Translations under genes and position numbers: made by a program
The notes under the pieces: model-generated
What the model was told of the DNA's origin: nothing
Seen by the model: only the letters and a program-made list of their open reading frames with translations
The model's database searches: none
NCBI GenBank assembly: GCA_903910705.1
Contig: CAIWAN010000052.1
Span: 5,844-69,843, forward strand
Reading direction: 5' to 3'
Length of the DNA: 64,000 bases
Origin: an uncultured Candidatus Marinamargulisbacteria bacterium
Lineage (GTDB): Bacteria > Margulisbacteria > Riflemargulisbacteria > GWF2-35-9
Shown: in pieces, positions 48,374 through 63,300 of the stretch
Numbering within the stretch: position 1 is the stretch's first letter
Layout of the letters: each line of letters begins with the position of its first letter

Positions 48374-51300
48374 TTATCGTAACAACCCTGCTTTGACTCG
48401 AACTTTATTTTGTGGCCCTTCTTTTTCAGCTTGAATCACGATCGTATACCCACCCTTTGAAACCTTTTCATTCAATTGATCGGTTCCATTCCATTTTACT
48501 ATGTTGGGCTGAGTACTATCTCCTCCCACTTGGCCAGCACCGAAACCCATCTCCTTAACAAAATGGCCTAATGCATCATAAATCTTGATACTCACATTGG
48601 TATCTTGATTCAACTCATAGTAAATCTGTCCCTCATCAGCATCCGCCTTAAAAGGATTGGGATAAAATGAAGCATTATAGATAACCTCATTCGGCTTCAC
48701 GACATCCGTATAGTCCGACATCAACCAAGCCGTCTCACTTCCAGCCATATTAACCGCTCTAACCCGATATCGATATCGCTTTGATTGGTCGATATTGGAC
48801 GATTTATAGTAATTCTGGGTTAGCGTCATATCTAAGTCATCCCATTTCTCGCTATTTGCTTTTTGCCACTGCAATTCATAATGAGATAACCCTGACTCAT
48901 CATCTCGAGCAGCTGGCCAAGACAGGAACTGATTGACAAGGGCTTGGGCAACCAATGTTTGATTTTGAACAATTTGAGGTTGATTAACAAAGACCTTACT
49001 TCCTCCAGGAAGAACGGGGGGGGTAAGGTCAACTTTGAACCCAAGATCTTTCTGACTTGAAACATAGGAAGCGAGCGAATTATCCTCACTATAGGCACGC
49101 AACCTTAAAATATAATTCGTATTATGTTTTAACGAAAGTCCGCTGAAATATTGGTGTTCCTCTGGCAAATACAAACTATTATCAATGGTAATCGTTGTCC
49201 AAGGTCTAATATGGGTTACACCTAGATCACCATCGATCGCATACTCGATCCGCACGATCCTTGATTGGGGGGACTTTATGTTATTGAGTTTGACATCAAA
49301 GGTTAAACTAATGGCATCCGATCTATTTACAAATGACTTCATGGCAACATCTTCAATAATGGGTTGACGAAGATCCACAATTCTTAGGGTACTCAACTCA
49401 ACATTAGCCGTATTCATTATCTTTGCATTTAATGACAATCGATCCGGTGCAAGAATTAGCTGAAGATCCCCCGTTGAACAATTGTCTTTAAGTCTCATAT
49501 TTAAATAAAAATACTGATCGATAGGCGTCAGCATAATCGGCGAAGCAAAATTGAGTCTGATCTTATTATCTTGTCGATCCATAACCGTATTGATGAACGG
49601 TTGAGCGGACGTATTAAGCGTCAGTGCAGATACCGTTTCGTAGGGCACATTGGCTGATATATTAAAATCAAGATGATTGAGGGATACCTCATTGCGATCC
49701 ACCTTGAAATTAAAAACTTCATAAGGGCTTACCCCATCACCCTGATAAACATCACTGCTCGAACCCGCCCAAGCTGAAATGGTGATCTGGGGTAAGTACG
49801 CTCTGATGATCGATGGCTGAAGAAGTAATGGAAGTGTGTTCGAATTTACATTTTGATTGACGTCCAATTTAATATCGTTCCGAGAATCAAAGTAGGGTTG
49901 GAACTTTTTCCCTACGGGCGACGTTAACGAAATATCTCCAGCGAGATACAGGGTCTGTGGCGAATTCCCTACGATCCAACGAAGGGGTCTAAAAACGATC
50001 TTTCCATCAATTTTGTAGGCAGGAATGGACGTTAACAGCGTATCTTCACTTGGCGACAGTTTGTCGTCATAGTTTGATTCTCTGTATAGTCTCAAATTGC
50101 TAAGGTTTTCAGTAATTGATAGATTCCCTGAAACATTAAACGTTATTTCCTGTACCATGGTCGAATAGGGGTAGCTCTCCATCATCACTCTAGCTAAGAC
50201 GACGGTTTGATCCGCTTGATATACGTTGCCCCATTGTTGAGACCAACTTGAATCTTTGACATAAACACTCAATTGATTCGCTCCGCCCAAAATATCAAAT
50301 GTGGGAGTGGTGGCAGGGATCACCGACGAAACCATGACATCATAAGTCCCAACACTAACACCTCCAGACGGAATATATAAACTGAATGGATCCATAGCCG
50401 ACGATTCAATGTCTACTTGAAGAACAATACGAGTCAAGCCAGAAATCCTGTTCGGGGTTCTAAACTCAAACTGGGTCTCCATTCGGGTATTATCAAACCC
50501 AGCTTCACTGACAATATCCTCCGAGATAAGCAATCGAACATTCTTCAAACTCTTCCCCATCGGATCACCATATTTGTTCAACTTTATCCCTTTGATCCAT
50601 GCTACAGAAGACGATGAAACGACAATTTCAGCAATATCCACTTGCCGTTGGCCTCGATAGACATTACTCGTTAACACGTTCATGGAGATCACCCACAATC
50701 GAGGTTGAAGTTCCCGTTTAACATCAAGAATATTACCCGCTCGATCCGTTATCCTTAGATCCAGATAGGGATCTTGGGTCGGATTAACATTAACGTTAGC
50801 GGAAAACACTCTCGAAGAATTGGTCAAGAACGTCATGTCTTTGGTACTCATGACGTCTGAGCCAAAAGGATAGGATCTGATCTGCGCATCACTTATTGAT
50901 ACCCACTCTGAAGCGGATATGATCAATGAAACATTTATTGAACCCACATTCTGAGTACTCAATGGGACATAATCCAATGTAATAATGGGCGTTGTTATAT
51001 CAATCGTTATTCGTTGCATCGCACTCGCTGTTGACACATATCCAGTCAAACTCTTATGCCACACATAAAAGGTTTTTACTAAATAGCCCTGAACCGCGTC
51101 ATAGCCAATCATATCATATGTAACATCACTGGCCTCGAAGGGCACGCTTAGATTGTCTTTTACGGGGGGGCTACACAACTTCCAGCGAGAGTCCCCTGCC
51201 ATTGGACGATCGGCCGAAGAAGAATCGATTATATAATACATATCACTTGAAATAATAAGCAGAATCTTAAGAGTTGACTTGTTTGTATTTTCAAGGGGCA

Positions 51301-54300
51301 ACGGATTATCTCCTTCTCCAGCCGGATCAACGATTTTCATAACGGGTTTGGGTGGATATTGGAGTTTTACATAAATTGTCTGTACACCCAGATTAAGGGT
51401 TGAGATATTCGCAGCCCGATCCTCCATAAGCAGATTCAATGTAGCGAATCCCTCGCCCATATCCTCATTGAAATTAAACTCTGCTATAAATCGTCGAGGC
51501 CCGCCTGAAACGGACATTCGAATCGACTGTGTCGCTTGAGCGGGGAATTGAATGCTCAGCGATGGGGGAACGAACAGGTCTTCATTTGTCGTGATACTAA
51601 ACATTTTCATCCCAAACCGATTCAAATCTGATAATTGTTGGACTTTTCCGCTGGGTAAAGTCGTATCCACAAATATATTTACCGTTGAGGCTCTTAGACT
51701 CATACCCTGATCATTTTTCACCCAAGCATAAACAGAATGGGTTCCTTCTGACATTGCAGGAAGCACATATTGCCCCGCCCAAGCTACCCAAGCAGGATCA
51801 ACCGAAGGGGGTTTGGTTGCATTATCTGTAAGGAACCATGCCCATGTGGGATGAAGTGAAGCATAATGACTTGAAAGAATAAGATTCGACGTCCCCGTAT
51901 AAAGAGCCGAGCCATTAAGCGGATTGATCATGATCAGATCAGGAGGCTGGGGAAGATATCGATATGCAAGGATTTCCTTATCACCCTGAATGGGGATAGA
52001 GGCTAACATCCCACTCTTCCCGACCACTTTATATCTCAACTGCCCGATACCATCAATAAAAGACAAGGTGTCGAGCGTTGCAATGTATTGATAGTTGCCT
52101 AATGAAGCAACCCCAAAAGAATAGGGTTCTAACCCCGAGTTCATAGACAGTTTCAAGTCAGGCATCCAACCAAGAGGCTGATTTGCAGTGATCAAAACCG
52201 TAAGGATTGTATCTGTTTTAATTTCATTGGGTGTGATGAATACTGAAAATACAGGTGCTACTCTTAATACAGAGATAGACACGCTTGCCTCTGAATAATT
52301 GCCCGCTCGATCAACGGCGAGAAGCGTGACCCGATGGATAGCATCCACCAAAAAGGTGGGCGTAATGATCATTTGATTTGAGGTCAACACCACGGATCGG
52401 CTCGTGAGAGAGGGCTGATCAACCCTGAAGAAATACGGAACAGATTTCAGGGCAATATTATCAAAGGCTCCATTATAGGTAACCGTGATCATGCCATCAT
52501 CATCAAACCCTGGTAAGGGGGCGAAACCATCCGAAAGATCAGTCTCGTCTTGCTCTAGGAATAAATCTCCCAATATGGGCGGGGTCGTGTCCACTGTAAT
52601 TTGAGTTGAAAAGGTCGCCACATTGCCAGCCCGATCGATAGCTCTGACAATAATGGATTGCACCCCTTCTGAAACACTAAACCCATTAATGAACGGAGTG
52701 CTCTGACTGGGACTCCAATTATCAAATAGGCTGCTTTGTATTTCATACGGTTTTGTTCTTAGCCCCCCACCAATGGGCTCGACCCATTCCAGATCAAGCG
52801 TGACTCTTGAATAATATCCACTTTCTTCTTTAAAGTAGGTGTTTTTTGGAACCATGGGTTTGACCGAGATATAGCTATTAACGGGAGGTTCTGTATCCAC
52901 ATAAACTTTGGTCACCGTCTTAAGACTATTTCCAGCTTTATCCACAATAAGGGCATAAATATTTATTGGATGTACGCCTGCCGGCGTTAACTCAACACTA
53001 AACTCAGATGAACCAAAAACATTGAATTGATCATTTCGATTTCCCTGAACATATAAATAGGCATCACGAGTGTTTGTTTCAGTAAGTATGTTCCAAGATA
53101 TTTGTCCAAAAATGATCGGACTATCATACCAACCACTTTCCGGATCAATACCATCGCCACGACTATCTAAATCAGCCGAAATTATCAGTTGCAAACCATT
53201 GGCCGATGGGGGTGTTGTATCAACATTCACAGTTACCCGAGTCATTGAACAATTCCCTGCACGATCAGCGGCCTCGATTTCATAGACGTATTGTCCATCG
53301 GGAAACGCTACACAGAAAATGTCCGTCGAATTAAAGATCTCGGACCACTGACTGATATTTGGACTGAGACTTCGGTAACGATAGGGAGCATTTCTTAATC
53401 CACCTTGATCATCCGGTAGGGCAATCTTTATATCCAATGTATTTATATCCGACCAACCTGCATCCGGTGCGATACCATCTCCACCATGGTCAATGAGAGC
53501 CCCTAATTGCGCCGCCAACATTGTGGGTGGATTTAGGTCAATAACAATCTGCCGTTTATTCTCGATCAGGGTTCCGTTCTTAAGCCGAATCCCATAAACA
53601 AGCGTCAATCCGTCCCGTTCGCTACTATTTAATGAAAGACTAAAGGTATTATTCACACTCAAAAAAACGTCTCCAGCGTAGCGCGCGTCATAGGCATAAT
53701 AAAGCAAGTCTTGGGTTAGCTGCTGCGCAGATAGAATCGGCAGGTAGTTCGTCGTAATAACTAAGGTCAGTGTCGGTACATTAAAACACCCTAGTTCGGG
53801 AGCTTTACCCCCAATAGCGGACCGAGTGACACCCTCCTCAGGAATGACCCCATTTATCCAATAGGAATCATTTGTAACGATCAGATTCGATACATTTACC
53901 GTCCCGATCAGATTAGCCGTGTTCCCTGCGTGATCACGAACTTCAAGCTCAAAATACTCGGGAATCCCCCACGTGGTTATGATCTGCGTTCCTGTTTGAC
54001 GATTCCAAATACTCCAACTTGAATGGGGTTCACTTAGATTATGGTATCGATACGGCATCGACGAAAGCCCCGCCCTATCGCTCGCTTGCCATTGCCAATT
54101 AACAAGCTGGCTATCATACCACCCATCCGCAAGCCGTCCGCCTATATCCGTATAGTCTGGCATCAGGGTTAATTTCGAAACCGTTGGAGGAACCGTATCG
54201 ATCTGGAAACCATTGGACTCGACTTTTAAACTATTGCCGGCTCTATCCACGACTTTCAATATAAGGGTGTTTGCTAAAGAATCATCACTCACATTTAGGT

Positions 54301-57300
54301 TAGTCAAGGAGAGATTACTCAATCCTTGATCGATCGTCACCCACCAATTCTGGCTTATACGAGTGGGGCGTATAAAACGACTCGTTGATACGTTTAACTC
54401 GCCAATATCGCTAAGCGAAGACCATTCGACCTGCAAGGTTGTATCATTATACCAGCCGTCCTCTGGAGAGGATGCAGGATCATTCCCTTCCGTATCGGGC
54501 AATACACTTAAGGTATACAGGTTGGGCGGGGTCGTATCGATATTAACTGAAGCGAGTTGCTCGCTAATATTCCCCGCTTTGTCCACGACCCGAACCCAAA
54601 GATAGGAGGGTTCTCGGTCACTCTGATTGTGATATTTTGACTGAAGTTCTATTTTTGTCTTTTCGTTCAGAGAGAGAAAAGAGCCATAGGGCAGTAGTTC
54701 AGACTTGATCTGAAGCGGATAAATACGTAAGCCGCTCTGGGTATCAACCGGCTCTGAAACATTAACCGTCACAAACGGAATGTTCGTCCATGCAGGATCT
54801 TCGAACAACTGACCATCAGCATCAACAAGATGCTGGATCGATAGAGTCACATTGAACGTACTCGGCGGGGCAATGTCCATCAATAGTTGACGACTTGCCG
54901 TCGAAACATTTCCAGCTCGATCGGAAACCATGATCTCAATGTTTAGGGTTTGCTCCGTTGCATTCACTTTAAAATCATCAAGGAATGTTGCATTCGTTGA
55001 CAAGCCCCAAGCCATTCCACTCATTCGCACTTGAAAGGGTTGGGACTTCAACATGAGATTGTCTGTCGGTGAATCCCAAGCCAGATCGATCGTATCATCG
55101 TTATACCAACCCTCCTCGGGGGTCATCTGATCTGATCGATTCTTGGTGTCAGGTTTTATTCCAAATTTTGGAAAAAGGGAGGGGGGGGTTAGGTCAATAT
55201 GAACCTTTTGAGAGGATGCGTAGATGTTGCCTGCATTATCAGCAACCGCTACAAAAATAGCCGCATTATTCGTTAAAGAGGAATCCTCAGGAACCCAAAC
55301 ATTTCTAAACGCGTTACTTGAAGAAGAATAGGGCCACATCACCATCGTGGTCCCTTCCGTTACCACCCTAGATCGGAAGTAATTGTCTCGTATCCCATAC
55401 GAATCCATTAATGAACTTGCATTTACATGAAAATTAATGGTCGAAGTATTGTACCACCCATAGTCTGCCCCAGCTCCTGGATTAATGAGGTTGGGGTCAA
55501 AGAAAAGTTGCAACTGACCCTCGGGTGGATCCGTATCAATGGTTACAACCAAAGCACTCTCGGTAATATTTCCTGCAAGATCGGCAACCGCCACCTTCAT
55601 CGTATAGACACCCGAATGATTGAAGGAAACACCATAAAAATTGTTGGTTATTGAGCCAGCCTTAACCAGAACAGCCGGGTCCGCATTTTCTTGAAAATAT
55701 TCAAAATAATTAAATGAAATATACGAAGGCAGACTACCCGTTGGATCTGTTTTGATAAAGTACCGATTATTCCTAAGTCCAATATTATCGTTGACGTTTG
55801 CAGAAACGTGAACATTAATGGTCAGATTATCATAGTACCCAATAAGCGGATCCACACCATCCCCGTGACTATCAATGTCTGGAATAAGTAAAAAGTTGAT
55901 ATTCCCTGAGGGAGGCGTTGTATCAATAGAAAGGGTAATGCTCGTCGAACAAACATTTCCCGCCTTATCGGCTACCGCACCATAAACAATGATCGGACTA
56001 TAGTCATTAGCTGTAGGAATAAAATTGACAATATTTCGAGTCGATTGTCCAAACGGCTGAGCCCCCTTTATCTCGTCAAGAATATTCAAACTTACACCAT
56101 TTTTGTCCTTATAGGTAAAGTTCTTATAGTGATCTGTCCCCAGCAGATTTGAGCGAACAAAATATCTGTTTAATATAAACCCACTTTCATCCGTTAGGTT
56201 TTCTGAAATGATAAAACTAATATTAGCCGTATCAAGATACCCTTTTACGGGTCCGATACCATCCCCTTGGCTATCCTTTGCCTCTGCAAGCACGATTTCG
56301 ATTGCCCCATTCGGAGCCATTGTATCCACCGTTACGCGAATACTTCGGGTGACCACATTCCCTGCTCTATCTGACACAAATACCGTTAAATGATGAGCAC
56401 CTTCTAAAACATTAATGCTACTGAACACTAACTCGACCTGTCCAGTTGGGTTAGTTATTTGCGAATTATCCACCGCAACAAAAAGATCTTTAATCCGTTT
56501 ATTGGACTCTCCATAATTTAGTGTAATCACATTAAGACTTACGGCAGAATTATCAAAATAACCATAGTAAGGAGGAACGCCATCTCCTTGGCTATCTTCA
56601 TCAAGGAACAAATCAACAGACCATGTGTTTATGGAGGGTGGCTCAATGTCAACGACTATTGACTGAGAAACAAGCCGGACATTTCCTGCATTATCAGCTA
56701 CGCCAACCCAAACGAGAATATCTCCCGTGGGAAAAACAACCCCATTAAACATGGCATCTTTATTTCCCCATCCTTTATAGAGTTTATCTAATTCCTCTGG
56801 GATCGTTGAATGAGTGTCGTAAGAGGTTACTGAATCCCACTTTAACGAAGTACTACTGGCATTCGCGGAGGTCACGGCCAACAAGTATCGATTGAGCCGC
56901 AACCTTGAAGAGCCAACGTCGTTATCTGGAACGCTTGTCAAGTTAAACGAAATATCTCGATGATTAAAGAAACCAAGTTCGGGGAGGATACCCGCTCCGC
57001 TAATATCCCGAGTATCGATCAACGAAAAGGAAAGTGGCAACTGAGGAGTCTGTGTATCGATCGTTAATTTTAATGAATCATCAATTTGGGTAACGTTCCC
57101 TGCCCGATCAACCAACACAACAACAACTTTCCCTGAACCCTCCTGTAACGGAATGGCAATATCATTAACCACGCCGTCGTTAGCCACACCTTGAATATCT
57201 GCGCCCTGTTGGTTCCCTGGGTAGCGAGCATTTAGATAAACATCGGGTGTAGAGCTGACATCAAAGCCATCATAACGGATAAATAGTGGACGCGTTCTTA

Positions 57301-60300
57301 ATCCAGAACCATGCTTAGGCGTCGATTCTCCATCTGAATACTGGGCATCATACGAGGTTCCATAATGCCCATCCCCCCACGAATCAAGAACAAACTTAAG
57401 ATCAATAGATGCTGTCAAACTATCAAAATACCCAGGATAGGGATCCAGACCATCCACATGGCTGTCCAAGTCAGGTTTGGCTTTAACTGTTTGGAAGAAT
57501 CCTACATCTTTTAACTGGATGGGGGTATCGTCATAATTTATACTGATCCGTTGTGCAAGAAGATGCCCCGCTCGATCTCGAAGTGAAAATTCGTAGGAGT
57601 ATTTATCCTCTACTGACATGGTTGCAACCCCTGAATCTCTGAGCATCACGGTTGATAGTGATGCGTTCCCCATAACGACATTGATAAGGTTAGAGACATT
57701 TTGGCTATCTAAAAGGGCTATCGTTTGGGCACTAGCAACAAGTTGGTCATAACCGTTGTACACACGAATATAGAGTTCTTGAGCCAACGGTGCGTAGCCA
57801 TTAGAGGTGATATTGCTATTCATCGAGACATTGACCGAGGGCCACTGACTATCATAACACCCAAATTCAGGTGCAAACCCATCCGCGGCACTATCCCCAT
57901 CAGGCATAAGCGTCACATTAAAGATCCCCCCTTCCAATAAGGTGGGTGGAGTCATATCGACAACGACATTAAACGTAAAGGGTGTTTCCCCTTCTGGCAA
58001 ATTACCCGCCCTATCTAATAGAGAGGCTTGAAGCGTAAAGGCCCCACCCCCACCCATCATATAGAGTGTCAAGTCAAGATTGATCGTAACAATATATGAT
58101 TTCTCGGATGCCCCAAGACCAATAATATATTGATACGCATTATTCGTCATAAGAACCGAATAACCGTTTTGTGTTGAAATCATTATCTTCATGTTTTTTG
58201 TTGATAGATCCGTCAACTCTGAAACATTATTCAACTTTAATACAATAGAAAGGGTCGGTTGATCGGTATACCCCAATTCAGGCACTACGCCATCGGAAGA
58301 AGGAGAATTGTCTGTATTATCGGGAAGAAGTTGGCTATTTGAACTCCCAGCGGCGCTATTTGACCAGTCAAATATGACAAAGAGGCTTGTTGTTGTGACG
58401 TTCCCCGCATAATCAACCGCGCCAAAAGTAAACGTTGTATCGCCTTCTTTTATGCTATTACTCACAACATCGATTGAGACGATGAACGCATCGGCTTGCC
58501 AACGATCAGCCTTTGTCAAAAGATCTCCGGAGGTTGTATATCCTCCGGTCACACCCGTCGATGTCCATGACAAGGTGTAGTACCATATTCCATTATCGGT
58601 CACTACATTTAAGTGATTCACATCCAAGTTGTCCCAACAATTCCAAGACAGCATCAATGACTGTTTGTTATACATGAAATTTTCTTCTGGAGCAAAACCA
58701 TCGTTACCTACATCACGATTGACTTCGCGATTTAAAGAAACGATGACAGGAGGCGAGAAATCAATGACCAGTCGATCAATATTGGATGTCATGATGCCAG
58801 CTTGATTTCGAACAAAGCAGGTCAATTCATAATTACCAGATGATAGTTGATAAAAGTTATTAATCTGCTCGCCCGTGATCATATTGGTTGATAGCCATTG
58901 TGAATATTTCAAGTCTCCCAGAGAATCACCATTGAAATCCGAACCCAGAATACCCACAGAGTATGGGAATTCCGGCAACCCTGAATGGGCATCAGCAAAC
59001 AGCATCATTCTGATGACAAAATCTTTTGATGTATGGGTAAACACAATATTTCGGTACTGCCCCAAGACATCAGAATGGGAGTAACCCACATTTTCGGTCA
59101 ACATAAATCCTGCCTGAACAGGCGCCGTGGGGGGGGTAAAATCAACTGTGATCCGCGTGGTCTGAGCATTAAAAGCACTCATATTGCCGGCACCGTCCAC
59201 AACAAAGAAATTTACATCGATCAGGCCCTGATAGTTATCGATCCCCACATAGGGCTCTAAGTCGGCATTGACGTTGAACTCCGCAAGTCCAATATTGCTC
59301 GTTTCACTATTCACATCATTGATTCGTGTTGTATTAAGGAGCGAATTTAACGTTTCGATCCGTTGATTATAACTAATCCGCATTTCGAAGGGTAAATTTG
59401 TGAAGACACCCGTGTTTAATCCTGTCGTATCATAGGCTGCAGGATTAAATAAAATCTTGAAATCCACCGTGGGTTGATCATAAATTCCTGGAAGACCTGT
59501 TACATCAAAGGGGCTAAAATTATCATGCCCTTCACCTATCGAATTTGAATGATCCTCGGTCGGCTCAATGGACGCAATGGCTTCATTAATCGTATTTGTC
59601 CAGTCGAAGCGAACTTGTCGTTCGAAGAGGGACGAATTGCCTGCAAAATCAACGACTTGAATGCCTATTGTCACAATCCCTTGACCGATTACATTCTCAA
59701 TATACCCTTCTGTCACCATAATCTCACGGCGATACCCGGAAATATTATTCGAAATAATATGCCGAATACTCCCACCCTTAATAAAATATAGATTATTAAA
59801 ATAAATTCCATAATGGTGTTCAGAATTGTCGGCGTTATCTCCGAATAGATCTCCTTGGTTCTCGACATAGGCGTTATCCTCTGCGGACCATGAAATAGAC
59901 AGTGGTTGTTTTGAATAGTATTGAAGGTCGCTAGGGGCATACCCCGCTACTCCACCTGTTGCATTACTCAAATTCAATTCATTAATGGTTGGCAGAATTT
60001 GATCATACACAACGCGCAGGGTGCTTGTCTCTGCTCTGGCCACATTATTTCGAACTTTTTGTGAAACATCATAAATTCTATCGCGTGTGACTATTTCAGA
60101 GAATAATTCGATGATATCAACCGAAGAACGATCCGACCAAATATTCGTCGAAGACTTGATTATACTTGTATCAAGGTTTAATGGACGTTCTTGAATACTC
60201 CACTTATACGCATCTAATGGGAGCAAGGAGTGTGCATCAGAGAAACTACTGCTAACCACAAAATGATTTTGACTCGTAAACGCAATATTATCTCCGATAT

Positions 60301-63300
60301 AAGCATAATATTTTTGGTCTAACACCAATTGCCCCGTTGGTGGTGTGTAGTCAATCGTTATGGCAAAGGGATCTGAAGCACCGGAGAGATTTCCCGCACC
60401 ATCGATAAATTTAAATGATAACTTTAATTGTCCTTGAAAATCCTCATTAATGATATCCGAAAAAGTCGCGATAATATTTATTGAAATATTCGCCAAATTG
60501 TTGGACGAAAGAAGTGCTGGCAACGATTGTCGATCATAGGAAGCGATGTAAGATCTAAACGAATAGTTGTTAACGACACTTCCACTATAATATTGAACAT
60601 TAATCTCAATCGGACAATTTGGACTTAATAGGGTACTGAGTTGGGTTGTATCTGCTGCATTTGAAGACAAAACGATCGACATTGATACTTTAGACCTATC
60701 ATCAAAATATCCTTGCCCACCCACAGTGAACGGGGTCCCAGCATCAGCGTCAGTTGAGGTTCTGTCTTCAGCAATAAAGTGAGCAATCTGATTCTGAAGA
60801 TTGCAGATTGGATCAAAGATAACAGGGGAATAATCTTTGATCGAAGCGTTGTTGGCAAAATCAAATGTTTTCAATCTAAACCAAACAACTTGGTTACTAA
60901 AATTCTCTTGCGAAACACTAAGCGGAATAACAAAAATATTCGATTGCATGGGAACAATAGGAATATCGAGTGCCTGCCAAACAGGATTCTCCATTGTCTT
61001 GAACTCAAAAATATACTTTTGAATACCTTGATGGGGTTTTGAGTTAAATCCATCTAAGCTAAACGATGAATAGACATTATCAGATGCTTCCCAATAAAAG
61101 TTCAGAGTCTGAACCGACGCAAAATTTGTACTCGACGACTGATAGCTTCCTACATTGACATTCAAATCACCTCGACGATCAAAACTCGTTACAAGGGGAG
61201 GCATTGTATCAACAACAATATGTAGCGTTGGTGATGAGGCAACAATACCGGTCTTATTGGAGGCGAACCCTACCACATCAAAACAGTAATTCGTTGTAAT
61301 AATACCCATATCCTTAAGGTTTTGGGTTGGCTTCTCGATCCATGTCCCATTAATGCTAGCAACATACGCTCGGGTATAAGTATATTTTGAAACATTTAGC
61401 TTATTCCCAGAAACAGCAAGGCCGCTCTCACTATCTTGATAATTGATCGAGATATTTAACGTTGAAATATCTGAAACAAAGGCTGTATTTTTTGATACCC
61501 CCGATGCGGCAAAGTTTAAATCACTTCCGATGTAGCTAAATCCATTCGAGAAATCAACGCTCCCTGTTGGTGGTGACGTATCAACCGTGATCCTGACAGG
61601 AAAGAGGTCAGCCGTTGACGAAAGGTTCCCCGCTCCATCAATAATTTTTGCAAGGATCGTCATGGGGCCGTTATAACCTGACGACTCTAAATAGCTTGAA
61701 AGATCAACAGTAACAGACAAGCTTGCGGTTGGTAGATTGGGATCATCATCAATATTTGCTACAACATCAGTTGTAACAAAATAGTTTTCTGTTTGGATCA
61801 TTAAAACCCATCCCGCATTTGATGTCGAGATATAGAGTTCTAGCGGGACAAACTCACTATTCAACTTACTAAACTGAGTGAAATCATTCGCAGAAGAAAG
61901 CATTTTAATCGTAAAATTGACCGTATTCTGATCAAAATAACCACTTCGTCTGCTCGCTTCAAAAGGTGACAACCCATCTTGACCGTTATCAACATCATCC
62001 GTCACGACCTCAATCATTTGGATCTGCGAATTAAGCGTATTGTTTAGATCAAGATAGTACGGGCCAATATCTTGTGTCAAAACATTCCCCGCGAAATCTT
62101 GGATTTGGAGTCTAAATTTTACGCTACCCTCTTTGAGTACATTGATCAAATAACCCGTCGTTATGGTGAAATTATTCGCAGAAACAGGAAATATCGACGA
62201 AGTAATGACAGCGTAGGAGCCATTTTCTTTTGGCTTATTGTATGAAAGCGAGTAATTCATAATGCCCCGTCGATTTTGATCCAAAAAAGCCTCGCTCCAA
62301 TTTACAAAAACATCATCCATTGCCTGCCAATTGATCGTTACATCATTATTCTGAAGAAATTGAGGACTTGAGGGGGGGTATTTGCCATAGTTTTGACCTG
62401 TTTGCAAGGAAAAGGTAGAAATGCTTGGCGCCGTTACATCGACAACAATATATCGTCGAGCTGGCAACGCAACGATACCTGCCATATTTGTAATTCGAGG
62501 CTGGATTTTATAAAGGTGATTCGGGGTTAGGACGTTTGTGCTAATTAGATTATAGGCTCCAATGGACACGGTTGGAGAAAAATAGTTTGTACTCAAGGAT
62601 CGATCCAAAATGTTATAGGATGTTATGGAATAGACAACCGATTTTGATGGCATCCCACTTTGACCATCAAGATAAGATGTTGACACCCAAAGAGCCTGCG
62701 TTGACTTTGTAAATGCCCAATTTAGGCTCACACCAAATTGATTGTTGATCGTTGGAATATAGTCATATCCGACTCCATAGCTCCAATTTCCTTCTGGAGC
62801 CGTCACATCAACCGTGACAAAACCTGTTAACGCGAGAGAATCATCCGAGACATTGCCTGCACCATCAATAAATTTTACAAAATACTGAACACGCCCTTGA
62901 TAACCGTTTTCATTGATATATTCACGAAGATCGGCAGTGATATTGACAGTAACATTACCCAAGTTAAAGAGCGCATCAATGGACGGCATTCCTTCAGCTT
63001 TCGCTTTAACGTTGATTGAGGATACCATCACGGGAGATCCCGTCGTAACCACCCAAACTTCAACCGGCTCACCGTCAAGCAGCCTTAGCTGTGTAGCATC
63101 ATTAGCCGTCGGCGATAGATGAACGACAAGATTAATTGATGTTTGATCAAAATATCCAGCCACTCCACTTGCTATCCAAGGGGTCAACCCGTCCGAGGGA
63201 AAACTATTATCAACATTATCCGAAACCGCCTCGATATCTTTTACTTGTTCATTTATCGTATTTTCCCAATCAAAGTATATGGGGCCAAGATTACGAGACA